A DNA stretch of 64,000 nt from contig CBFGJZ010000006.1 of NCBI GenBank assembly GCA_965649215.1, forward strand, positions 17,193-81,192. The letters are read 5' to 3'. Below the pieces are notes generated by a model. That model was given only the letters and a program-made list of their open reading frames with translations, was not told where the DNA came from and did no database searches. Positions 47,472 to 57,439 of the stretch are shown here, piece after piece; the stretch's first letter is position 1; the number at the start of each line of letters is the position of its first letter. The stretch comes from a candidate division WOR-3 bacterium (GTDB taxonomy: Bacteria; Hydrothermota; Tepidihabitantia; Tepidihabitantales; CAIPLT01). The translations under genes were made by a program, and so were the position numbers.

Positions 47472-48286
47472 TGAATCCATTTCAACCATTTGCAGTAAAA
47501 ATAACTAAAATTATTGATGAAACCCCAACAATAAAAACATTTGTTTTAGATCTATTAGGGAATAAATTTTCATTTGATGCGGGTCAATTTATTGAATTAA
47601 CTGTTCCTGGTGTTGGTGAAGCTCCTTTTACTCCTTCATCTTCACCATATATTAAAGATACCTTAGAAATGACAATTATGAAAGTCGGACGTGTTACTTC
47701 TGCACTTTTTGAAAAGAAAGTCGGTGATATTTTAGCAATTCGAGGTCCTTTTGGAAAACGATATCCTATTGAAAAGTTCGAAAAGAAAGAAGTTTTAATT
47801 CTTGGTGGTGGTGTTGGATTAGCGCCGTTACGCTCTCTATTTTTAGCATTAGCAGAAAATATTAAAAAATATGGAAAAATTTATATAAAATACGGGGCTA
47901 GAACTCCTCAAGATATTGTATATAAATATCAAATTCCAGAATGGCAAACATGGAAAGGTGTAGATGTTGATTTATCCGTTGATGTTGGCAACAATGCATG
48001 GAAGGGTAAAATTGGAGTTGTAACTATACTACTAGAAAACTCTTTACCAAATCCACAAGAGATGGTCGCAGTTGTCTGTGGCCCCCCAATTATGATGAAA
48101 TTTGGAACTATTAAACTTCTTGAAAAAGGATTTAAGGGAAGTAATATTTATCTTTCTATGGAAAAGAATATGTCATGCGGAATCGGTCAGTGCGGACATT
48201 GTCGCTGTGGTAGATATTTCGTTTGTAAAGATGGTCCAGTTTTAACTTGGGACCAAATTAAAGACATTGAAGATCCTTTCCTATGA
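47468..48286 (+). CDS. AsrB/HydG(gamma)-like FAD/NAD(P)-binding [2Fe-2S] subunit
   Basis: GQF..PGVGEAPF, GGGVGLAPLRS, CGPPIMM, MSCGIGQCGHC..VCKDGP. Confidence 0.9.
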   Translation: MMNPFQPFAVKITKIIDETPTIKTFVLDLLGNKFSFDAGQFIELTVPGVGEAPFTPSSSPYIKDTLEMTIMKVGRVTSALFEKKVGDILAIRGPFGKRYPIEKFEKKEVLILGGGVGLAPLRSLFLALAENIKKYGKIYIKYGARTPQDIVYKYQIPEWQTWKGVDVDLSVDVGNNAWKGKIGVVTILLENSLPNPQEMVAVVCGPPIMMKFGTIKLLEKGFKGSNIYLSMEKNMSCGIGQCGHCRCGRYFVCKDGPVLTWDQIKDIEDPFL

Positions 48287-49971
48287 ACCCAAAATATAAA
48301 ATTTTGACAACTATTTGCCCGTTCTGTAAATATGGGTGTGAACTAAGTATTCAAGAAATGAATCAAGGAAATTATAAATTGCATCAAATAGAATATTTAA
48401 AAAGTTCAGGAATAAATCAAGGACGACTTTGCCCTCGTGGCAATTCTGCTAAAATACTGTTGAGTCATCCCAAACGATTAACTTATCCTCTATTTAATAA
48501 TAAAATTTTAAAATGGAGCGATATCATTCAAGATATACAAAAATTGATCCAAAACAGTTCTCCAGAGAACATAGCAATTACATATGATTGCAATAATACA
48601 CTTGAAGAATTTTCTGATATCTACAATTTTGCGCATGCCCTCAAAACTGAAAACATAAGCTGCGTTTATTTTCATCCCGAACAATTTTTTAATTATGCGG
48701 TTAGCGAAATCAAACAAATTGATATAAAAGACTTAAATAATAGCAAATTTTTACTAGTAATTGGTGATATTTTTGCTAAATCACCAGTCATTTCTAAACA
48801 TATTTTAGATATTAAATATAGCGATCGAAATAACAAAATATTTTATTTTGATGTGATTAAATCAAAATTAGCAGGTTTTGCAGATAAATTTATTTGGCTA
48901 AATCCAAATACAGAACCGTTGGTTTTATTAGCCCTAATTTTAGAATCAAGTCGAGCAGCAAAGAATATTATAAGCAATAAGTACTACAATGAATTAACAA
49001 AGTTATTACCAACAATCTATGAATTTCTTAATGTCAAACAAAAAGATATTCAAGATATTTGTCAAACTTTATTGAACAATCCCCATAGTCTAGTGCTTGT
49101 TGCCACAGACTTCGGTAAGACTAAAGACCCTTTATTGCTATCTCTCTTAAGTCAATTGTTTGCATCAATAACTCCATCTAAAAAATATTGTAGTTTAGCT
49201 TTAGCATCGATTCCTTTATCGAACATTAAATTTAGCACTATCTTAAATAAGATTAGAGATAATAAGATTAAAATACTAATTCATTTTGGTGAAGAATTTC
49301 CATATTATTATCCACAATTACATCAATTTTTAATTAATTTAGATGTATTTATTTACACTTCAATGCTACGCAGTAACAGAGATCTATTAGCTAAACGAAA
49401 TTACATTTTACCTGTTACTTCAACAATAGAAAAACAAGGGACTATAAATACTTTATGGTCAAAAACAACTATAAAACCAGTTATAGCTCCGATTGATGGC
49501 GCAAAATCCGTATCAGAAATAATTACTTTGCTTCATCCACATTTAAACCGAAATGCAAAAGTCAATTTAAATTATAAATCTCCTATTGATATAGAACGAT
49601 TAATAAATCGTTGTATCGAATATTGTAAGAATTTCTCTATAAATACTAATTCTGATGACTTTCATTTAATTGGTGAAGAATCAGCATATAATTATCGTGG
49701 GTATTTTAACGATTGCTCAAAGGAAGTTAAAATTAATCCTATCACAGCTAAAAAAATTAATATTAAAAATAACGACAGAATCCTTCTTATTTCTAACAAT
49801 TGTCAAAAAGTATTTATTACAAAAATTGTTAACTACTTGCCTTTAGATACAGTCTCAGTATCAACCGATTTACCCGATAATCGTTTACTATTTCCGATAC
49901 AATTTGATAATTTAACAAATGAAATTATGATAAGCTCTAGTTTAGTAAAAATACAAAAAGAAAAAGTGTAA
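48283..49971 (+). CDS. Divergent molybdopterin-oxidoreductase-fold (NuoG/FdhF-like) Fe-S protein
   Basis: TTICPFCKYGC...GRLCPRG, RLTYP, ILP..EKQGT, C-terminal INPITA; cofactor-binding region degenerate. Confidence 0.75.
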   Translation: MNPKYKILTTICPFCKYGCELSIQEMNQGNYKLHQIEYLKSSGINQGRLCPRGNSAKILLSHPKRLTYPLFNNKILKWSDIIQDIQKLIQNSSPENIAITYDCNNTLEEFSDIYNFAHALKTENISCVYFHPEQFFNYAVSEIKQIDIKDLNNSKFLLVIGDIFAKSPVISKHILDIKYSDRNNKIFYFDVIKSKLAGFADKFIWLNPNTEPLVLLALILESSRAAKNIISNKYYNELTKLLPTIYEFLNVKQKDIQDICQTLLNNPHSLVLVATDFGKTKDPLLLSLLSQLFASITPSKKYCSLALASIPLSNIKFSTILNKIRDNKIKILIHFGEEFPYYYPQLHQFLINLDVFIYTSMLRSNRDLLAKRNYILPVTSTIEKQGTINTLWSKTTIKPVIAPIDGAKSVSEIITLLHPHLNRNAKVNLNYKSPIDIERLINRCIEYCKNFSINTNSDDFHLIGEESAYNYRGYFNDCSKEVKINPITAKKINIKNNDRILLISNNCQKVFITKIVNYLPLDTVSVSTDLPDNRLLFPIQFDNLTNEIMISSSLVKIQKEKV

Positions 49972-49979
49972 GTGAACGT

Positions 49980-50450
49980 ATGGCAAAACAAAATAAAAGA
50001 ATTTTTCTTGATTTAGACTATTGCATTGGTTGCCGTTCTTGTGAAACTGCCTGTCGTAGTGCATTCGGGGAATCGCGTATTTGTTATGGAGAAATTTCAG
50101 AAACTGTAACATTACCAATTGCCTGTCGCCATTGTGAAGAACCATTATGCGCTCGAGCTTGTCCATTTGAAGTTTTAAAAGTTTCAGAAGAAGGATTAGT
50201 TCTACAAGCAAGTTTCCATTGTGTTGGTTGTAAATCATGTATTTTAGCGTGTCCCTTTGGTGTCTTAGATAAAAATCTTTTTTATAGAGTATCCCAAAAA
50301 TGCAATCTCTGTTATGATCGAGAAGATGGTCCAAGATGTGTCGCTAGCTGTGCTTCCGGAGCGTTAAAATATTTGACCGAAGCCGAAATAAATAAAATAT
50401 TAATTAGTAAACGTTTTATCTCTCGTTCTCCCTTTTGGAGAAGAACATGA
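49980..50450 (+). CDS. 4x[4Fe-4S] ferredoxin-like subunit (HycB/DmsB type)
   Basis: CIGCRSCETAC, CRHCEEPLCARACP, CVGCKSCILACP, KCNLC..CVASC. Confidence 0.9.
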   Translation: MAKQNKRIFLDLDYCIGCRSCETACRSAFGESRICYGEISETVTLPIACRHCEEPLCARACPFEVLKVSEEGLVLQASFHCVGCKSCILACPFGVLDKNLFYRVSQKCNLCYDREDGPRCVASCASGALKYLTEAEINKILISKRFISRSPFWRRT

Positions 50451-51364
50451 AATTAATTTATTTATTCTATTTTCTCGTTTTCCCGGGATTTCTTTTCACT
50501 TCAATTGTTGGTCTTTTGTTAACTTGGATTGATAGAAAAGTAACTGCGCGTATTCATTGGCGTGTCGGTCCACCATGGTATCAACCTTTTGCAGATTTTT
50601 TAAAATTATTAAGTAAAGAAACATTAATTCCTAGTGGAGCTCATAAAGTTATCTTTTTACTAGCACCAATTTTAAGTATTTTAGCAATGACAGTAATTGC
50701 AGTAATGCTTTTTTTGATGAACTTTTTCCCAGAAAAATCATTCATCGGTGATTTAATTGTTCTTCTTTATTTATTTGCATTGCCTCCGTTAGGACTTATT
50801 ATCGGTGGCTCTGCTTCAAAAAACCCATTAAGTGCGGTTGGTGCTTCACGAGAGATGACTTTATATTTTGGATACGAATTACCATTTCTCGCAGCAATTT
50901 TAATAACAGTCATCAAAACAAATGGATTGATACAAATTGGAGAAATTATTAATTTTCAACATGTCAATGGTCCTATTTTTTATTCGATTTCTGGTATAAT
51001 AGCAATGATTATTTCTTTATTTGTAATTCAAGCAAAATTAGGTTATGTACCATTTGATATAGCTGAAGCTGAACAAGAAATTATGGCTGGTCCGATCTTA
51101 GAATATTCTGGCTTAGCTTTAGCACTTTTTCGCCTAAGTAAAGCTATGATGTTTTTCTTATTACCCTGTTTTTTAGTAACTATATATTGGGGCGGCTTAA
51201 CTCATTGGACAGCTATTTTAAAAGTTTTACTTTTAGTAGTAATAATTATTCTCATTAAAAATACTAATCCTCGTTTAAGAATTGACCAAGCTTTAAAATT
51301 TTTCTGGTTAATACTTTTACCCTTTGCAATAATAGGTATTATTTTAGCGTTTAATAATTTATAA
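50447..51364 (+). CDS. NuoH/MbhM-like membrane subunit
   Basis: DRKVTAR..RVGPP, QPFADFLKL, PFDIAEAEQE, PRLRIDQ. Confidence 0.92.
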   Translation: MKLIYLFYFLVFPGFLFTSIVGLLLTWIDRKVTARIHWRVGPPWYQPFADFLKLLSKETLIPSGAHKVIFLLAPILSILAMTVIAVMLFLMNFFPEKSFIGDLIVLLYLFALPPLGLIIGGSASKNPLSAVGASREMTLYFGYELPFLAAILITVIKTNGLIQIGEIINFQHVNGPIFYSISGIIAMIISLFVIQAKLGYVPFDIAEAEQEIMAGPILEYSGLALALFRLSKAMMFFLLPCFLVTIYWGGLTHWTAILKVLLLVVIIILIKNTNPRLRIDQALKFFWLILLPFAIIGIILAFNNL

Positions 51365-51393
51365 AAATGATAAAACTTTTTTATATCTAAACC

Positions 51394-51810
51394 ATGAAGG
51401 ATATAAGAATTCAAGGATTAAAGAAATCACCTTGGGTATTTCATGTAGCAGCTGCTTCCTGCAACAATTGTGACATCGAAATATTAGATTTACTTACTCC
51501 ACGCTTCGATGTAGAAAGATTTGGAATTGTATTAGTAGGTTCTCCCAAACACGCTGATGCTTTATTAGTTACTGGAGTAATTAACCGTAAGTCACTTCCT
51601 CGAGTATTACGTGTTTATGAACAGACGCCGAAACCATGTTTAGTAATTGGTATTGGAACTTGCACTTGTGATACACATATCTTCAAACATTCATATAATG
51701 TTGTGGGACCTTATAATAAATATCTTCCTGTTGATGTATATATTCCAGGTTGTCCTCCCAAACCTGAAGCAATGATATTAGGTATTGTTAAAGCTTTACA
51801 AAAATTATGA
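51394..51810 (+). CDS. [NiFe] hydrogenase small subunit (MbhJ/NuoB-like)
   Basis: SCNNCDIE, SPKHAD, GTC, PGCPPKP. Confidence 0.93.
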   Translation: MKDIRIQGLKKSPWVFHVAAASCNNCDIEILDLLTPRFDVERFGIVLVGSPKHADALLVTGVINRKSLPRVLRVYEQTPKPCLVIGIGTCTCDTHIFKHSYNVVGPYNKYLPVDVYIPGCPPKPEAMILGIVKALQKL

Positions 51811-52247
51811 ATGATATAATAAATCAAATTCAGCAAGAGCTAATTATAAAATTTCCCGAAGCAAATATTTATAAACATAATGACCGACGATATTACATCT
51901 CAATTCCAAAACGAAAAATTAAAGAAATGGCTTTATTTCTATATCAAGATAAAGGATTTCGGTTATCAATTGCAACTGGTATCGATACGCGGGACGGATT
52001 TGAAATTATCTATCACTTCTCGATGGATAAATTTGGTACTTATTTTAATATAAAGGTATTGATTTCTAAAGAAGATCCGATTATTGAATCTATCACGCCT
52101 ATTTTAGCCGCTGCAAATTGGATAGAACGAGAAATACATGAATTATTAGGTATTGATTTTCAAGGTCATCCAAATTTAAAACCATTATTAACAGCAGAAG
52201 ATTGGCCTGAAGAAAAATTTCCTTTAAGGCGGGATTATGAACAATAA
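51807..52247 (+). CDS. MbhK/NuoC-like subunit
   Basis: ATGID, YHF, WIEREIHELLGIDFQGHP. Confidence 0.92.
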   Translation: MNDIINQIQQELIIKFPEANIYKHNDRRYYISIPKRKIKEMALFLYQDKGFRLSIATGIDTRDGFEIIYHFSMDKFGTYFNIKVLISKEDPIIESITPILAAANWIEREIHELLGIDFQGHPNLKPLLTAEDWPEEKFPLRRDYEQ

Positions 52248-53421
52248 TCGTAGAATTGTACCAATAGGTCCATACCACCCCCTACAAGAAGAACCCGAAT
52301 TCTTTAAACTTTTCGTTGAAGGTGAAAAAGTTGTTGATATCGAGATTAATATCGGATACAATCATCGAGGACATGAATATATTTCTCCAAAATTAACTTT
52401 CGAACAAATTCCTTTCTTAGTCGAACGTATATGTGGAATCTGTTCGAATTCTCATCCCTTAGCTTTTGTTCTTGCGGTTGAAGATGCTGCTCATATTAAA
52501 GTACCAGAGCGAGCTCAATATTTACGTTCAATTGTACATGAATTAGAACGCATCCATTCTCATTTGCTTTGGCTTGGATTAGCAGGACATTTTATTGGCT
52601 ACAATACAGTTTGGATGTGGGCGTGGCGTTATCGTGAGCCTATTTTAGATTTATTTGAAATGATTACGGGTAATCGAAACCATTATGCCATGAATAAAAT
52701 TGGAGGTGTACGCCATAATATAGAAGCTAGTCAAATACCACAAATAGAATCGTGTCTAAATCTTGCTGAACAAAAAATTGCTATGTTTACAAAAGCCATT
52801 TTAGATGACCCCGTAATTCGTGCCCGCTTAGAGAATGTAGGCATTTTACCTAAAGAAATTGCAATTTCTTATGGTGTGTTAGGACCAACTGCTCGTGCTT
52901 CCGGCGTTGCTATTGATGTTCGGAAAGACGATCCTCATTGCGCTTATGATAAAGTAAATTGGAATATGATTGTCTTTACAGAAGGTGATATTCTTGCTAA
53001 AGCTAAAGTAAGATTATTAGAATGTTTCGAATCAATAAAGATAATTCGACAATGTCTAAAACAGTTACCAGATGGACCTATTGAAAATCGGATAGAAGAA
53101 ATTCCTGCTGGAGAAGGTTGTGGCCGTGCGGAAGCACCCCGCGGCGAAGTTTTTCATTATGTACGGACTGATGGTAGTAACCATCCTGTACGTCATAAAG
53201 TACGAGCACCAAGTTTTATGAATTTACCATCAAATGAATATGCTGTTAAGGGATATTCAATTGCTGATGCTGCATTATGTTTAGCTGCGATTGATCCTTG
53301 TTATTGTTGTACTGAAAGGATCGCTGTTTTCTCTGAAGGTAAACAAATTTATACTGGGAAAGAATTATTAAAATTGTCGTGGCAAAAAACAGAATATCTT
53401 AAATCAAAATATCGAAAGTAG
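52237..53421 (+). CDS. Group 4 [NiFe] hydrogenase large subunit (MbhL-like)
   Basis: L1 ERICGIC and L2 DPCYCC both present; EAPRGE; C-terminal extension after L2. Confidence 0.93.
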   Translation: MNNNRRIVPIGPYHPLQEEPEFFKLFVEGEKVVDIEINIGYNHRGHEYISPKLTFEQIPFLVERICGICSNSHPLAFVLAVEDAAHIKVPERAQYLRSIVHELERIHSHLLWLGLAGHFIGYNTVWMWAWRYREPILDLFEMITGNRNHYAMNKIGGVRHNIEASQIPQIESCLNLAEQKIAMFTKAILDDPVIRARLENVGILPKEIAISYGVLGPTARASGVAIDVRKDDPHCAYDKVNWNMIVFTEGDILAKAKVRLLECFESIKIIRQCLKQLPDGPIENRIEEIPAGEGCGRAEAPRGEVFHYVRTDGSNHPVRHKVRAPSFMNLPSNEYAVKGYSIADAALCLAAIDPCYCCTERIAVFSEGKQIYTGKELLKLSWQKTEYLKSKYRK

Positions 53422-53423
53422 TA

Positions 53424-55010
53424 ATGATATCTTTAACACTTATAATTAGCATTCCTATTATTACCGCCATTTTAGGTTATCTGATTCCCAAACTACGAAA
53501 TGAATTTCATTATTTAGGAATTTTTATAACTTTATATTATGCATTTTTGCTCTTTTTTAACTTAAGAAAAATAAATACAATCTCTAAAAATCTCTTTAAT
53601 ATTAAAAACATTACTTTTGCTTTTAATCTTGATAATTTAGGAAGTTTATTTGTATTAGCCGTTGCAATTGTTATTTTTTTAGTTTTAGTTTTTTCATTTC
53701 GTTTTATTCGAAATTGGAAGAATGCTAACAATTATTATTTATATTTATCTTTAGCAATTGGCATTACAAATGCTATGATAATGGCAAATAATTTATTTTT
53801 TTATAGTATTCTTTCAATGTTATTAAGCTTTCTTTTAATACTTTTCATATTCATTGACTCCAATTTGAATCGTAATCATACTATTTCGATTATTTCACAA
53901 ATTGCACTCTATGATATTATTTTTATAATTGGTGTCTTTCTGTTATATTATAATAAAGTAGATATCGCATTATTTTCTTTATCTCCGTCTGAATTATCAT
54001 CTTTCATGCCAAAATTTGGTATTATGTTAATTGTTGTAAGTATTTTTAGTAAATTAGGTTTTATACCATTTCATAGCTATATAAATAAAATTTCGTTGCA
54101 GAACAGTTTACCCGTTTATATGATTATACCCGCGATCCTCCAAAAGATTACTAACATTTATTTACTAATTAGAATTTTATATTATACAATTAATTTTAAT
54201 CAGAATAATTGGTTACTAATCATTATGATTATAATTGGTATTATCAATATAATTATCGCAAGTTTTACTGCCTTTACCTCAAAAACAATTTATCATCTTC
54301 TTAATCAAAATGCTATTGTTCAAATCAGCTTAATTGTAATTTCGATAAGTCTCCTAAATCCATTTGGGTTAGTAGGAGGCATTTATCATGTCATAAGTTA
54401 CTTGACCTTTCAACCTTCTTTACTTTTTACTGCTGGTTCCTTTGAGTATTGGACAAAAAATACTTATTGGGGAAATTACGAAACCTTAAGTTTTAATATG
54501 CCGATTACTTTTATTCTCTTCATTTTAGCTATTTTAGCAACTGTTGGTATTCCACCATTTAGTAGTTTTTTCTCTAAATGGATGATTTTTGAAGGTATTT
54601 TAAGTTTTTCCACATACAAATTGTTAAAAATCTTAGGTATAATTACATTTTTCATTGGATTAATTGTTAACCCGATCTATTTATTACGGTTTTATGATTT
54701 ACTTAAAAGGCCTAAAACTCAATATTCCCATCGAATTCGAGATCCTGGTTTCACAATGTGGATTCCTTCTGCAATGGCGTTATCAATCTCATTGTTTTTA
54801 GGTATTTTTATTAATAAGATTAGTCTGCAATATCTTCTACAACCTATAATATCAAATGTGTTACAACGTTCAATTTTTTTTTCAATTAACATTTATCACT
54901 CATTAAAATTCGAATTTTCCTGGATAACTTTACTTCTTATAATATCGTTCAGTATTGGTATAATAATATATTACATAAAACCGATTAATAAAAAATTACG
55001 AGGTGTTTGA
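53424..55010 (+). CDS. MrpA/MrpD (NuoL/MbhH)-like antiporter subunit, divergent
   Basis: Polytopic membrane protein; KLGFIPFHS, GIPPFSSFFSKW. Confidence 0.85.
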   Translation: MISLTLIISIPIITAILGYLIPKLRNEFHYLGIFITLYYAFLLFFNLRKINTISKNLFNIKNITFAFNLDNLGSLFVLAVAIVIFLVLVFSFRFIRNWKNANNYYLYLSLAIGITNAMIMANNLFFYSILSMLLSFLLILFIFIDSNLNRNHTISIISQIALYDIIFIIGVFLLYYNKVDIALFSLSPSELSSFMPKFGIMLIVVSIFSKLGFIPFHSYINKISLQNSLPVYMIIPAILQKITNIYLLIRILYYTINFNQNNWLLIIMIIIGIINIIIASFTAFTSKTIYHLLNQNAIVQISLIVISISLLNPFGLVGGIYHVISYLTFQPSLLFTAGSFEYWTKNTYWGNYETLSFNMPITFILFILAILATVGIPPFSSFFSKWMIFEGILSFSTYKLLKILGIITFFIGLIVNPIYLLRFYDLLKRPKTQYSHRIRDPGFTMWIPSAMALSISLFLGIFINKISLQYLLQPIISNVLQRSIFFSINIYHSLKFEFSWITLLLIISFSIGIIIYYIKPINKKLRGV

Positions 55011-55540
55011 TGACAGCTATCTATCTATTAGTAATAGCAATGCTTGCAGCTGCTTTAGTCGCTATTGAAATAAAAGATTTATTAGCTGCAGCAGTTGCTG
55101 TAGGAATTGTTGGTTTTTCAGTTGCAATTATGTTTATTTTAGTTCAAGCGCCTGATTTAGCGATAGTTCAAATCGTAGTTGAAATTTTAACTGTTGTTTT
55201 CTTTGCGGCAACTATATTACGAACCACGCATACAGATAGCACAATTCAAAAAGGTATTCAACCAGAAAGTATCTTTCCTGTAATTGTCTTTTTTATATTT
55301 GGCACTTTAATAACTGTTCTTTCGATCTATGCACTAAAAGATTTACCACATTTCGGCGAACCAATAATGAATGTCGCAAGTTACTATATTAATAATGCAT
55401 TAAACCAAATTGGTGCTGCAAATATTGTTGCTGCCATTATTTTAGACTATCGAGGTTACGACACTTTTGGGGAAGCAGTTGTTTTATTTACTTCTGTTTT
55501 AGGTGTTTTAACTATTTTAAGAATTAAGGGGCGAAAATGA
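55010..55540 (+). CDS. DUF4040 + MbhE-like subunit (MbhD/E fusion)
   Basis: APDLAIVQIVVE; NIVAAIILDYRGYDTFGE. Confidence 0.88.
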   Translation: MTAIYLLVIAMLAAALVAIEIKDLLAAAVAVGIVGFSVAIMFILVQAPDLAIVQIVVEILTVVFFAATILRTTHTDSTIQKGIQPESIFPVIVFFIFGTLITVLSIYALKDLPHFGEPIMNVASYYINNALNQIGAANIVAAIILDYRGYDTFGEAVVLFTSVLGVLTILRIKGRK

Positions 55541-55971
55541 AAGGAATGACTATAATTGTTAAAACAATCGCGCGAATAATTGCAGGGTTTATCTTTCTGT
55601 ACGGTTGTTATATAATTATTCATGGACATCTTTCGCCAGGCGGTGGTTTTGCAGGAGGTGTGATAATTGCTGCTTCATTTATATTACTAATTCTATCTTT
55701 TGGAGCTGCTGAAATTAAAGAAAGAACTTCCTATACTTTTTCCTCGATTTTTGAAAGTTTAGGTGGTATTATGTTTTTAACCTTGGCTTTATTGGGACTC
55801 TTGATGGGAACATTTTTTTTCACTAATGTTCTTGATAAAGGAATTCCTTTTAAAATTCTTAGTGCGGGCATAATTCCTTTAGCAAATATTGCGATCGGTA
55901 TGAAAGTTGGTGCTGGACTTTTAAGTATTTTTATTGCATTAGCGGCTTCACATTTTATTATGAAGGAGTAA
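55537..55971 (+). CDS. MrpB/MbhF-like subunit
   Basis: GHLSPGGGFAGG. Confidence 0.92.
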   Translation: MKGMTIIVKTIARIIAGFIFLYGCYIIIHGHLSPGGGFAGGVIIAASFILLILSFGAAEIKERTSYTFSSIFESLGGIMFLTLALLGLLMGTFFFTNVLDKGIPFKILSAGIIPLANIAIGMKVGAGLLSIFIALAASHFIMKE

Positions 55972-55973
55972 AA

Positions 55974-56312
55974 ATGTTACCTTTTATTGGTTGTATCTTA
56001 CTAATCATTATTGGGCTTTATGCCATAATTACCAAAAGAAATTTAATCAAAATTGCAATCGGGTTTTGTATGGTGGAATATGGAGTTAATCTTTTATTCG
56101 CTTTCATTGGTTTTAAAAAAGATGCTTTAGCTCCTATAATTACCTCTACTACCCAACAAATGAATTTTGTTGATCCGATCCCACAGGCATTAGTTCTAAC
56201 CGCGATTGTTATTGGTTTAGGTACCACTGCAGTTATGTTATCGTTAATAATACGTATTTATCAAAAATATCAAACATTTGATATTAATGAAATTAAAAAA
56301 TTAAGAGGATAA
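55974..56312 (+). CDS. MrpC/MbhG-like subunit
   Basis: NLIK, DPIPQALVLTAIVI. Confidence 0.93.
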   Translation: MLPFIGCILLIIIGLYAIITKRNLIKIAIGFCMVEYGVNLLFAFIGFKKDALAPIITSTTQQMNFVDPIPQALVLTAIVIGLGTTAVMLSLIIRIYQKYQTFDINEIKKLRG

Positions 56313-56316
56313 CAGC

Positions 56317-56805
56317 ATGTCACAAAGGATAAGTTATGGTGTTTTATGTTTTGTATTATGGTTGACTCTTACGTGGACTCTTAATTATTTTTCAATTATA
56401 GTTGGTTTAATTGTATCCTTAATTGTGGCAATAGTCTTTGGTGGGTATTTTTCTTATCATCCTATTAAAATTTTACAACCTCATCGTTTGTTGTGGTTAT
56501 TAGTATATATACCTATTTTTGGTTGGGAATGTTTAAAAGCTAACTTTGATGTTGCTTATCGAGTTATTCATCCTGAGCGACCTTTAAAACCTGGGATTGT
56601 AAAAATTAAAACAAAACTCAAAACTGATTTAGCAAAAACTATGTTAGCAAATTCAATTACTATGACACCGGGGACAATGAGTGTTGACATTGAAGGAGAT
56701 ATTTTATATATTCATTGGATCTGGATTAGAGATACGGATATAGAAAAAGCATCAAAAGATATTGCAGGAAATTTTGAAAAATATTTATTGAAAATATTTG
56801 AATAG
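56317..56805 (+). CDS. MrpE/MbhA-like subunit
   Basis: ANFDVAY, PGIV, LANSITMTPGT, LYIH. Confidence 0.93.
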   Translation: MSQRISYGVLCFVLWLTLTWTLNYFSIIVGLIVSLIVAIVFGGYFSYHPIKILQPHRLLWLLVYIPIFGWECLKANFDVAYRVIHPERPLKPGIVKIKTKLKTDLAKTMLANSITMTPGTMSVDIEGDILYIHWIWIRDTDIEKASKDIAGNFEKYLLKIFE

Positions 56806-56814
56806 CGGGGAAAT

Positions 56815-57069
56815 ATGGAAATACTTATTATTTTATTATCTTTAGGTGCTTTCTTTTGTCTATATCGAGCATTGCAAGGACCAAGTATTTCAGATCGAGT
56901 AATATCAGTTGATATTATGAGTATAATTTTTACTTGTATAACAGCATTGATGGCATTGCGTTATAATATTGCCTTTCTAATGGACTTAGCAATAACCTTA
57001 GCAATATTAAGTTTCATAGGAACATTAGCGTTAGCAAAATATTTAGAAGGTAGGAGTTTGGATGATTAA
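56815..57069 (+). CDS. MrpF/MbhB-like subunit
   Basis: GPSISDRVISVD, SFIGTLALAKYL. Confidence 0.92.
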   Translation: MEILIILLSLGAFFCLYRALQGPSISDRVISVDIMSIIFTCITALMALRYNIAFLMDLAITLAILSFIGTLALAKYLEGRSLDD

Positions 57070-57439
57070 CGTCTTAGGTTGGATATTTATTATAATTGGA
57101 GTATGTTTTGCTCTTTTAGGATGTCTTGGTTTAGTTAGATTTCCTGACTTATATAATCGCATGCAAGCAGCGACAAAAGGTGTTACCTTGGGTGCTTGTG
57201 GTTTAATGTTTGGTGTTTTTCTATTAAAAGGGTTTTCAGTTATGGGTGTAAAAGCATTAGTGTGTGCAACATTTATTTTGTTAACTATGCCTGTTGCTGC
57301 GCATGTTTTAGCTCGAAGCTCTCTTCTCTTCGGAATCAAAATGTGGCACAAAACCCAGCTCGATAAATTTGGACCCGATAAAGTGAATCAAGTATTAATT
57401 GAACCATATCAGGAGAAAGAAAATAATGAGAAAGCCTAA
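57062..57439 (+). CDS. MrpG/MbhC-like subunit
   Basis: RFPDLYNRMQAATK, TMPVAAH. Confidence 0.92.
   Translation: MINVLGWIFIIIGVCFALLGCLGLVRFPDLYNRMQAATKGVTLGACGLMFGVFLLKGFSVMGVKALVCATFILLTMPVAAHVLARSSLLFGIKMWHKTQLDKFGPDKVNQVLIEPYQEKENNEKA

Noticed and set aside
52237-53421. Mbx/Mbs sulfane reductase or complex I NuoD
   Set aside because: Both Ni-binding CxxC motifs are present.
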